Assembly (NCBI RefSeq): GCF_963921235.1
Contig: NC_086097.1
Location: 218,738,001-218,802,000 of the forward strand
Length of the DNA: 64,000 nt
Origin: Mobula hypostoma
Taxonomy: Eukaryota
Reading direction: 5' to 3'
Made by a program: the position numbers and the translations under genes
Part shown: in pieces, positions 53,467 to 64,000 of the stretch
Layout of the letters: each line of letters starts with the position of its first letter
How positions within the stretch are numbered: the stretch's first letter is position 1
The notes under the pieces: model-generated
The model's database searches: none
Told to the model about the DNA's origin: nothing
Seen by the model: the letters and a program-made list of their open reading frames with translations, nothing else

Positions 53467-54081
53467 CAGTGTGCACAAAAATTTTGTGCTGTGCAAGTTT
53501 TTTGCCCAGTGACATTATTTGCGCACTGAATAGTTTCTTCAATAAAAGCAGTATAAATAAGCCAGTTCTAAAATCTGCAGACAAATCATCGCAAACTCCA
53601 AGTTGCCAACACCGTCCACATCAGGAACCAGAACATAAGAACACAAAGGAAAAGGAACTATGGTTGTGTGCAATTGTGTAGAATACTTAACACGTCGAGG
53701 TAGAGGGTGATAACCTTTTATGCGCAGTTTAAATTCCTTTATGCGCTAGTAGAAATTACTAGGCTTACCCATAGCCCTCTATTTATGATGCGTAATGTTT
53801 AAACCTCTTGTGTTATTATATTAAACTTGCTGGAAATTTTAATTCTTTTGATGAAAATTTATTTCTGTGACTTTTCTTTTTGCTGAAAAGTATTGAAATG
53901 ATGAAATTACACCAAAACTCATGAACATATTTGTATTTATTTAGTTTAATGGCATAAGAGCATGAGAATTATGTGGCACAAGTACAGGGAATTATAATTT
54001 CAAATTGCAAAGAGAATGGAGCAATGTATCATAAACTCTTGAAATATGATTGGGAACTAAATTCCAATGAGAAATGCAAAA

Positions 54082-55160
54082 TTTATATAATACTAAAACT
54101 CTCATGCTCTGTCTGTCTGTTTGACTGTTTGTGACCTCCAATTAGCGCAAACAGTGCATTACAGCCGCACTTTTTTTGGCTAAATCGAATTAAAATGTGC
54201 TAACTTACAGAATGCAGGCAAAGTTCAGGGTTGTATATTCATATAAAATTGCTCATTCCCCAAAAATTGACAGGCTGCCTTTCACCGGAGACCCGATCGG
54301 CCAACACGGAAATCTGGACGCGACAGCCCAACGCATGCGCACAGCCAGCCTCAGCAGCGACACCTACTGGAGCAAAAGGGCAGGGCAGCTCTATTTTGAG
54401 GGGTCCACAATCTGCTAATCACCATCAGCATGCGCAGGATTGGGATAGATCTAACTGCCACCCATCAATAAGAGATAATTAAATTTTATTGTAATGACGT
54501 ACTTCGAGACACCCATAAAACCCTTTGCTACAGTCAAAGGACAGCAGTGACTATATCACGTCCATTTAGGAGAGCGCCAACCACATCATCAAGAATAATC
54601 AGCATCCTTTGGTGTTACTACTTCGTATCTTCTATCCAGCATTAGGGTAAAAAAATGATCAGCCTAATTATGCTGCGTGGTCAAGAGATGACGCCAAACG
54701 TTGTCAGGAAGTGGCAAGGAGAAGGAGAGAACAAGAATTGGATGAGGCCAGGGTCGCACGACTCCAGGATCAAAGAGTCACGACAAAAAAGGATGAGAGA
54801 AGAAGAGACAGAGAAGGAGAGGCATGCACGTTTCCAGGATCAGAGACAAACAACAAACAGCAGAAGAAATGAAGAGACGGGGGATGAAAGGACTGCACGT
54901 CTCCAGAATGACAACGAGAGGCACAAGGGTGGCAGATAAACCAGAAATGATGCCATCAAATTGTCCTTCGCTAAATAAGGAGCAGCTATATTTGCTTTGC
55001 TACGCGTTGTTCTTCTTTAATAAACTGAGGTTTTCTACTTCAGTTTCCAAAGCAAAGCGATACCAATAGCATTCAGGAAAATTTAATGTTCATTTTGGTC
55101 ATATCAGACTGCACTACCTTTCTCTCAAAGGGTGCCCCAACGGGTCACCCCGTTGTCTAG
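54082..55160 (+). mobile_element. Non-autonomous Helitron with STPR-like repeat remnant
   Basis: Inserted between A and T with no TSD. 5' tttatataatac (TC start degenerate). 3' hairpin gggtgcccc-aac-gggtcaccc, then CTAG at 55157-55160. 23-aa-spaced ET.xER.AR repeats. Confidence 0.82.
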
Positions 55161-55269
55161 TATATATTATCACTATGAGACATTTAAAGCTAATACCAAT
55201 TGCTTTGCTTTTCATGAAGATGTCAATCTTATAATGCCATGATCTGAAAATTGTTTGGATTGACCCTAG

Positions 55270-55908
55270 TCGTAGAACACCACAGTACTGAAACAGGCCC
55301 TTCAGCCTGTCTCGACCATGCTGAACCATTAATTTGTCTAGACCCCTGTAATGTATGGATCTACTTTTCAAGCAATGACTCCCCTAAGCACTACGTATGA
55401 TCTGTTGTCTGCACATGCACATTGATCTCTCTCTCTCTCTCTCTCTCTCTCGCTGCAATGCGAATATATCAGTTAAACCCATCTCCCGCGAGCATGCTTT
55501 TATTTTAATTGATATGTAAGTTGCCCAGACACAACATCTCCAATACCCCTCCCATCCATTCTGAACATTCTCAACATTCTCTTGAATGTTGCAATTGAAC
55601 CCACATCCACCATTTGCACTGGCAGCTTGTTCCACACTGTCAACACTCTTTGAGTGAAGAAGTTTCCTTTAAACATTTCACCCTTCCCCCTTAACCCATG
55701 ACCTCTAGTTGTCGCACTCAACCTCAGTGGAAAAAGCTCCCCTAACTTTGTATACCTCGATTGAATCTCTCCTCAATTTTTTTACATTCAGGAAATAAAG
55801 TCCTAACCTATTCAACATTTCCCTATAACTCAGGTCCTCAAGACCCAGCAACATCCTTGTAATTTTTCTCTGCACTCTTTCAATCTTACTTACGTCTTTC
55901 CTGTAGGC
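55270..55908 (-). mobile_element. Old CR1 3' fragment, interrupted at 55347-55536
   Basis: RKDVSKIERVQRK..LGLY; FFTQRVLTVWNKLP. Confidence 0.8.
55347..55536. mobile_element. Short TG...CA-bounded LTR-like insert containing (CT)n
   Basis: Ends tgtaatgtatgg / ccagacacaaca form an imperfect inverted pair. No clean TSD. Confidence 0.4.
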
Positions 55909-56944
55909 TGCTGGTTTCCAGTGGTGTTCCACAGGGGTCCGTGTTGGGGCCGCTTCTTTTTACGTGGTACATCAGTGATTTGGATTATGGAATAGATGGC
56001 TTTTGGCTAAGTTTGCTGTTGATACAAGAATAGGTGGAGGGGCTGGTAGAGCTGAAGAAACAGAGAGTCTGCAGAGAGACTTGGATAGATTGGGAGAATG
56101 GGCAAAGAAATGGCAAATGAAATACAATGTTGGAAAGTGTATGGTTATACACTTTGGTAGAAGAAATAAACGGGCAGACTATTATTTAAATGGGGAGAGA
56201 ATTCAAAGTTCTGAGATGCAATGGGACTTGGGAGTCCTCGTGCAGGATACCCTTAAGGTTAACCTCCAGGTTGAGTCAGTGGTAAAGAAGGCGAATGCAA
56301 TGTTGGCATTCATTTCTAGAAGAATAGAGTATAGGAGCAGGGATATGATGTTGAGGCTCTATAAGGCACTGGTAAGACCTCACTTGGAGTACTGTGTGCA
56401 ATTTTGGACTCCTTATTTAAGAAAGGGTGTGCTGACATTGGAGATGGTTCAGAGAAGATTGAGTAGAATGATTCCGGGAATGAGACGGTTAACATATGAG
56501 GAACATTTGACCGCTCTTCGACTGTACTCCTTGGAGTTTAGAAGAATGAGGAGAGACCTTATAGAAACATTTTGAATGTTGAAAAGCATAGATAGAGTGG
56601 ATGTGGCAAAGTTGTTTCAAATGGTGGGTGAGTCTAGTACGAGAGGACATGACTTAAGGATTGAAGGGCTGCCATTCAGAACAGAGATGCGAAGAAATTT
56701 TTTTAGCCAGAGTGTGGTGAATCTGTGGAATTTGTTGCCACAGGCGGCAGTGGAGGTCAGGTCATTGGGTGTATTTAAGGCAGAAATTGACAGGTATCTG
56801 AGTAACCAGGGCATCAAAGGTTATGGTGAGAAGGCGGGGGAGTGGGACTAAATGGGAGAATGGATCAGCTTATGATAAAATGGCGGAGCAGACTCGATGG
56901 GCCGAATGGCCGACTTCTGCTCCTTTGTCTTATGGTCTTATGGA
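55909..56944 (+). mobile_element. CR1 LINE 3' fragment, well preserved
   Basis: 190-aa ORF AKFAVDTRIGG...LVRPHLEYCVQFW; (tcttatgg)n tail. Confidence 0.93.
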
Positions 56945-58079
56945 TTACATCCACAACAAAAAGAAGGGAGTTAATTTAATTATCATGAAGATTATGTAAT
57001 TAGGAATCAAATTATAAAATTAGATTTTTGCACGGTGGCTATGATCAAATGACTCGGATTTGATACAGTGCCATTGTGAATTAATTTGAGAGTGTAATTT
57101 GAGTCAGCATAACTGATTTAGTGAAATAGAACCAAGAGAAAATGTGGCATTTGTAGGTTAACAGAGAAAAAAATTTTAATCTTGCTGCCAAGGCTGGCTT
57201 ACTTCAAACACGTAGTACAAATAAGCTTTATTCAAATCTAAAATGTGTAATTTATATGACACTAGAAACAACGATAAACAAAAATACTCAGTGCACTTAA
57301 GAAGTGAAAACAGGTTTTGAGCATTGCTAGGAAAGGGATTTGGTGCGGTGGAATGGCTGAATGTTGCATTAAGGAGAGATGTCACACTGCATTTGAAGTT
57401 AAGAAGTAGTGGCATTGATAGATTTGGAGGAATGCATTTCAGGGTCTGTGATAAAGAGACTGAAGATTGAACAAAGCTGAGCCTTGGGCTCCTAGTCATA
57501 ATATTGAAGAATATAATCACTGGAAGCTTGACCTTAAGCAAAGATGTTTTATTTTTGTGTGTGGAAGCAACTTTTAATAAAGCCTGAAAGAAGGTGGGGT
57601 AAATAATATTCTATCAAATTGTTTATTTTTAATTAAATGTCAAAGTATATTGTGAGAAGTTGCATGCCAGTTTTATAAAAAGGTCTCTAAATTTTCTGCT
57701 GTTATTGAATCATAATATGTTCCAGTATTTAAACCACTGTATTTAAGATAATGAAGCTGAATCTGTTTGGTTCTTCAACTCCACCACCAACTATGTGGGG
57801 AAAAATCGAGTTCAATGGAATCAATTGAGCAATAAATGCAACTTAATACCCTTTGTGTATTTAAATACCAAATCTCTGAATGAGATATTATTGAAGTATT
57901 GAGGCTTGAGCAATGCTTTATATGGCTGCAACATGACATCCCAACTTTTAACCTCTCCCTGTTTCATTCTGGGTTCCCACTTGAAGAAGGCCTCTATTGT
58001 CCTAAATCCTTAGCAAAATAAGGTAATGTACCACCAGCATGAAGTGTGTCAAGGGGCTGGTCATGGCACGCATCACTCC

Positions 58080-58730
58080 AGCATTGCAAACAACTGTGAC
58101 TCACTGCAATTCATCTACTATTGCAAGAGCTCTATGGCAGAAAACATGTCCTTGGCCCTATACTCATCTCTGGAGCATCTGAGTAAAAACATTTACATTA
58201 GACTATTGTTTATTGATGACAGCTCTGCCTTCTAAGTTCAAAGTAAATTTATTATCAAAGTACATATAAATCACCATATACCATTGCGGGCATAATCCGT
58301 AAGTCCAATAATCATAACAGAATCAATGGAAGACTGCACCCAGTAAGACAGACAACCCGTGTGCAAAAAACAACAAAATGAGACATCTCCATCCATGACG
58401 GACTGGGCTGTTTCCGCTACTTCTTGTAGGATTTTCTTTTCAAGAACATTGTTGTTTCCATACAAGGCTGTGACGCAGCCTGTCAATATCTCCAACTCTT
58501 CGACTCAATCCCACCTTTTTGCACTGGATCCTGACTTCAGACCTTCAAATTCCTATGAGTGAACATAATCAAAAACCAGTTCTGGACCAACAATATTGAC
58601 GCCATGTCTGAGAAAGCTCCTCAGCACCTTTACTTCTTCAGGAAGTTTGAGAAATCTGCATGTCTCCTTGACTCTCACAATCCTGTCCAGCGGCATCACG
58701 GCTGGCATGGCAACCGCTCTTTCTTCTTGA
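58080..58730. mobile_element. Scrambled Rex1/Babar fragments in both orientations
   Basis: SLALYSSLEHL..IRLLFIDDSSAF (+); tail aagttcaaagtaaatttattatc and ILTGCVTALYGN (-); KAPQHLYFFRK (+). Confidence 0.7.
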
Positions 58731-59154
58731 GACACCTCTCACAGGGCTTCCAATATCCTGCAGAAATAAAGTACATGGATAGTGAGATGTTTAAGATGAG
58801 ATAGTGACAGCTTCTTACTGACTCAGCACCATGGTTGTTCACTGCTGGGGAACACTGTAGAGGTGTTGAAATGAAACATTGAAGGGCAAGTTTGAATGGT
58901 TTCACATTCCACTTAGACTCAGCTCTCTGAGGTACTTGGACCCACTGTCAGTCAGTCTCAGTATTATCACCGTATGTTTGATGGGATACCGACCCCTGTG
59001 GTATCCTTTTCCAGTCCTTTCTCCTGTTCATATTAACTTTTGATCAAATGGAGAATATATAAGATATCAGTAGACTTTATCAGTTGTTTCCATTGAATAC
59101 TAATGGTGGTAAGAGGATGTAAGTGATGTTGGAGAGGGAGTGATTTGAGGAAAA

Positions 59155-59665
59155 GAGCATAGAGCACTACAGCATAATACAGGCCCTCAGCACCTCCATG
59201 ATGGACTGACACTCCAAAGATGCCCTTGATGTTGTGCTGACCTTTTTAACCTACTCTAAGAACGATCTAGCCCATCCCTCTTACATAACACACTATTTTT
59301 CTGTCATCCATATGAATACTTAAGTTTTTTAAATACTCCTAATGTATCACTAGCTCCTGCTGGACTTTCAGAAACACATCACTGTACTTGTAAAGAACTT
59401 GCATCTGACATGCCCCCTATACTTTCCTCTAATCACCTTAAAATTATGCCCCTTTGTATTAGCTGTTTGTATCCAGGGAAAAAAGTATTTGGCTGTCCAT
59501 ACTACCTAAGCTTCTATCATCTTGTACACCTCTGTGAAGTCACCTCTCATCCCCCTTCACTCCAAACAGAAAAGTCCTAACTTGCTCAACCTATCTTAAA
59601 TAGAAATTCCCTCTAGTACAGTCAGCATCCTGGTAAAGCTCCTTTGCACCCTCTCTAAAGCTTTG
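59155..59665 (-). mobile_element. Old CR1 3' fragment
   Basis: cttgtacacctctgtgaagtcacctctcatcc is homologous to the other CR1 ends. Confidence 0.75.
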
Positions 59666-60660
59666 ATATTTTTAGACTGTAAGACCACAAGACATAGGAG
59701 CAGAATTAGGCCACCTGGCCCATCGAGTCTTCTCCACCATTCAATCTTGGCTGATTCTTTTTTCTATCTCTTCCTCAACCCAAGTTCCTGGCCTTCTCCC
59801 CGTAACCTTTGATGCCATGTCCAATCAAGAACCTATCAATCTCTGCCTTAAATACACCCAGCTACCTGGCCTCCACAGCTGCATGTGGCAACACATTCCA
59901 CAAGTTCACCAACATTTGGCCAAAGAAATTTCTCTGCATCTCTGTTTTGAAAGGGCGCCCTCCTATCCTGAGGCTGTGCCCTCTTGTCCTAGACTCCCCC
60001 ACCATGGGAAACAACCTTTCCACATCTACTCTGTCTAAGCCTTTCAACATTTGAAAGGTTTCAATGAGATCCCCCCCCCATCCTTCTGAATTCCAGTGAG
60101 TACAGACCCAGAGCCATCAAACGTTCCTTGTATGATAACCCTTTTATACCTGGAATCACCTTTACAAACCTCCTCTGGATCCTCTCCAATGCCAGCACAT
60201 CTTTTCTAAGATGAGGGGCCCAAAACTGTTCACAATACTCATGGTTAGGCCTCACCAGTGCTTTTTAAAGCCTCAGCATCACATCCTAACTCTTGTATTC
60301 TAGACCTCTTGAAATGAATGCTAACATGGCATTTGCCTTCCCCACCACCGACTCAACCTGCAAGTTAGCCTTCGGGGTGTTCTGCACAAGGACTCCCAAA
60401 TCCCTCTGCATCTCAGATTCCTGGATTTTCTCCTCGTTTAGAAAATAGTCCGCAACTTTATTTCTACCACCAAAGTGCATGACCAATCATTTTCCTACCT
60501 TGTATTTCATTTGTCACTTTCTTGCCTATTCTCCTAATTTGTCTAAGTCCTTCTGCATCCTACCTGTTTCTTCAACACTATCTGCCCCTCCACCAATCTT
60601 CATGACATCTGCAAACTTGAAAGCAAAGCCATCTACTCCATCATCTGAATCATTTATATA

Positions 60661-60949
60661 CGAGGGGTGATTGATAAGTTCGTGGCCTAATGTAGAAGGA
60701 GATGAGTTATACACCTCTCATTACATGCACATGCAGAAAGTTTGAAGTTAATAACTCATCAAGGGTGATTGATATGTTCGTGGCCTAAAGTAGAAGGTGA
60801 TATTAACTCCAAACTTTCTGCATATTCACTCAAAGAGTTGACCTGCATGTGCATGTAACGAGAGCTGTATAACTCATCTCCTTCTACCTTAGGCCATGAA
60901 CTTATCAATCACCCATCTGTGGACACTTTCTGGAGGTCCAAGATCCGTA
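60661..60949. mobile_element. Mariner-type MITE 1 (rearranged, palindromic)
   Basis: TA|cgaggggtgattgataagttcgtggcctaa. Inverted copy ends at 60914; a third internal TIR copy at about 60762. Confidence 0.8.
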
Positions 60950-61258
60950 TGCCACCACAATCTCTAACGCCACCTCTTTCAGAACCGTAGGGTGCCGTTC
61001 CTCTGGTCCGGGTGATTTATGTACCTTTAGGTCTTTCAGGTTTTTGAGCAGCTTCTCTCTTGTAATAGTAACTGCACCCACCTCATTTGCTTCACACATT
61101 ACAACATCAGGCATACTGCTAGTGTCTTCCACAGTGAAGACTGATGCAAAATACTCATTTAGTTCATCAGCCATCTGCTTGTCCCCCGTTATTATTTGTC
61201 CTGCCTCATTTTCTAGCGTTCCTATATCCACTCTCAATTCTCTTTTATTTTTAACATA

Positions 61259-61657
61259 CGAGGGTGATTAATAAATTTGTGGCCTAAGGTAGAAGGAGTC
61301 AATTTTAGAAAATCTAGCACATTTATTTTTCAACATAGTCCGCTCCTACATTTACACACTTCGTCCAGCAGTCGTGGAGTATACGGATTCCTTCTTTGTA
61401 GAAGTCGGCGTCTTGGACCTCCAGAAAGTGGTCCACAGCAGGGTGATTGATAAATCCGTGGGCTAAGGTAGAAGGAGAAGAGTTATTAACTTCAAGCTTT
61501 CTGCATAATCACTCAAGGAGAACTGCACGTGCATGTAACGAGAGTCGTATAACTCACCTCCTTCTACCTTAAGAGAGAACTATGTTGAAAAATAAATGTG
61601 CTAGGTTTTCTAAAATTGACTCCCACCTTAGGCCACGAACTTATTAAACACCCCTCA
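61259..61657. mobile_element. Mariner-type MITE 2 with about 80-bp TIRs and TA TSD
   Basis: TA|cgagggtgatt ... acacccctca|TA. Removing it restores the host CR1 (ttaacata|cttgaaaa). Confidence 0.88.
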
Positions 61658-62965
61658 TACTTGAAAAAACATTTACTATCTACTTCGATATTATTTACTA
61701 GCTTGCTTTCATATTTCATCTTTTCCTTTCTAATGATTTTTTCAATTGCTCTCTGTAGGTTTTTAAAAACTTCCCAATCCTCTATCTTCCCACTAATTTT
61801 TGTTTTGTTGTACACCCTTTCTTTTGCTTTTACAGTAGTTTTGACTTCCCTTGTCAGCCACGGATGTACTACTTTACCATTTGAGTATTTCCTCATTTTT
61901 GAAACACACATGCCCTGCACCTTCCTCATTTTTCCCAGAAGCACACACCATTGCTGCTCTGCTGACATCCCTGCCAGCAGCTCCTTCCAATTTACTTTAG
62001 CCAACTCCTCTCTCATACCATTGTAATTTCCCTTACTCTACTGAAATACTGCTACATCAGACATTACTTTCTCCCTATCAAATTTCAAGTTGAACACAAT
62101 CATATTGTTATCACTAAGGGTTCTTCTACCTGAAGCTCCCTAATCGCCTCTGGTTCATTACATAACACCCAATCCAGTACGGCTAATCCCCTACTAGGCT
62201 CAACGAAATACTGCTCTAAAAAGCTATCTCTTAGGCATTCAACAAACTCACTCTCTTGCGATCCATTACCAACCTGATTTTCCCCAATTGTCCTGTTTCT
62301 CAGCTTTTTACCTCTCTCTAAATTCTCTTTTCAGGACCTCATTGCGTTTCCTTCCTATGTCATTTGTATTAATATGTACCAAGACATCTGGCTGCTCCCC
62401 GCCCCTCTCCAAAATGTGGACACGATCTGAGACATCCCTGACCCCAACATCTGGGAGGCAACATGCCATTCGGGTGTCCTGTTCACGTCCACAGTACACG
62501 TTTGTTGACCTCACTATCAAGTCTCCTATCACAACCACTAACTTCTTCTCTCTTTTTCCTTTATTTTTCCAATAATGAGGCAAATGGAAAAGTATGAGGT
62601 TTAGTGGAAGCAGAAGAGAGATCTCTTTTCACACAAAACACATAAAAGTTGCTGTTGAATGCTTTACGGGTAGGACCATTACAGACGGCAAAGAAAGTGT
62701 CCCGAGGGTGTGGATGGGTCTGATTTACGGGTAGGACCATTACATTTCTTTTCACATCTCTTTTTTTTGTAAAGATTTCTATTCCGTTAACTGTACACAG
62801 AAACTTCTCAATTGCTTGCGCTAAATGCGCAGCATGGTAGCAGCTGCGCATTTTGGTTTTTTTTGTGAATTTCTGAGCATGGTTTTATGTGCAGCCACTA
62901 GTAATTTGTGCATTTACTGTTGGCAACCAAGGATGAATTTCTGCATATCTGAAAAATGTGTGTGA

Positions 62966-63178
<213 letters not shown>

Positions 63179-63379
63179 TAGGGGATAAAGCAACTCTATC
63201 TATGATAGAGTTCTAAGAATTCAAGTTATTTCTCATTGACTTAGTTTCAGCTTAAGCTAAAAACTAAACTGCTAAGGTATTAGCAAAGTTTCATTCAGTT
63301 CTTTGGACCAAAAGAGCTGTTTATCATACTACACTGCCAGCAGCAAATGCACAATTTAGCTTTGCTGCTTTCATTAGGA

Positions 63380-64000
63380 CTGGTCAGCATGGCTTTGTGA
63401 AAGGTAGGTCGTGCCTTACAAGCCTAATTGAATTTTTTGAAGATGTGACTAAACACATTGATGAAGGTAGAGCCGTAGATGTAGTGTATATGGATTTTAG
63501 CAAGGCATTTGATAAGGTACCCCATGCAAGGCTTATTGAGAAAGTAAGGAGGCATGGGATCCAAGGGGACCTTGCTTTGTGGATCCAGAACTGGCTTGCC
63601 CACAGAAGGCTAAGAGTAGTTGTAGACGGGTCATATTCTGCATGGAGGTCAGTGACCAGTGCTGTGCCTCAGGGATCTGTTCTGGGACCCCCTCTCTTTG
63701 TGATTTTTATAAATTACCTGGATGAGGAAGTGAAGGGATGGGTTAGTAAATTTGCTGATGACACAAAAGTTGGGGGTGTTGTGGATAGTGTGGAGGGTTG
63801 TCAGAGTGGAACATCGATAGCATGCAAAACTGGGCTGAGAATTTGCAGATGGGGTTCAACCCAGATAAGTGTGAGGTGGTTCATTTTGGTAGGTCAAATG
63901 TGATGGCAGAATATAGCATTAATGGCAAGGCTCTTGGCAGTGTGGAGGATCAGAGCGATCTTGGGTTCTGAGTCCACAGGACACTCAAAGCTGCTACGCA
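63380..64000 (+). mobile_element. CR1 LINE RT fragment, runs off the window end
   Basis: [43 protein letters not shown]. Very similar to 8349-8850. Confidence 0.93.

Larger units (their letters stand above)
59678..62540 (-). mobile_element. Decayed CR1 LINE (ORF1 esterase to tail) with deletions and two MITE insertions
   Basis: VVIGDLIVR..CLPDVGVRDV..HINTND; LNEYFASVFT; FKFADVMKIGG; LGLYSLEFRRM. Confidence 0.9.

Noticed and set aside
60661..61657. CRISPR-like repeated 30-35-mers
   Set aside because: Repeats are in both orientations, irregularly spaced and TA-flanked (transposon TIRs). Eukaryotic context with no cas genes.

Overview
Vertebrate genomic DNA, most likely a cartilaginous fish such as a ray. 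This is inferred from the repeat content (CR1/HER1-like LINEs, V-SINEs, Penelope-derived repeats) and is not proven. The window lies inside one + strand gene, PREX2. Six internal coding exons (19131-19233, 22629-22772, 22877-22991, 26609-26672, 26975-27165, 63010-63112) have GT-AG boundaries and splice in frame into the C-terminal inositol-polyphosphate-4-phosphatase-like domain. The rest is intron packed with decayed transposable elements: CR1, Rex1/Babar and L1 LINEs, Penelope fragments, two Tc1 elements, a Tigger remnant, mariner-type MITEs, BEL/Pao and Gypsy-type LTR relics, SINEs and a non-autonomous Helitron. Most notable: (1) a Penelope inverted-repeat insertion carrying minimal type I hammerhead ribozyme motifs on both arms; (2) a three-level nested insertion stack with readable TSDs; (3) two different Tc1 families inserted in the same Rex1 tail motif; (4) a Helitron retaining 23-aa STPR-like repeats; (5) a young tRNA-headed SINE with a perfect 14-bp TSD and a modular tail; (6) a PBX/MEIS-type motif next to a perfect hairpin. 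No intact TE ORFs, true tRNA/rRNA genes or CRISPR arrays were found. Boundaries without a stated TSD or TIR are approximate.
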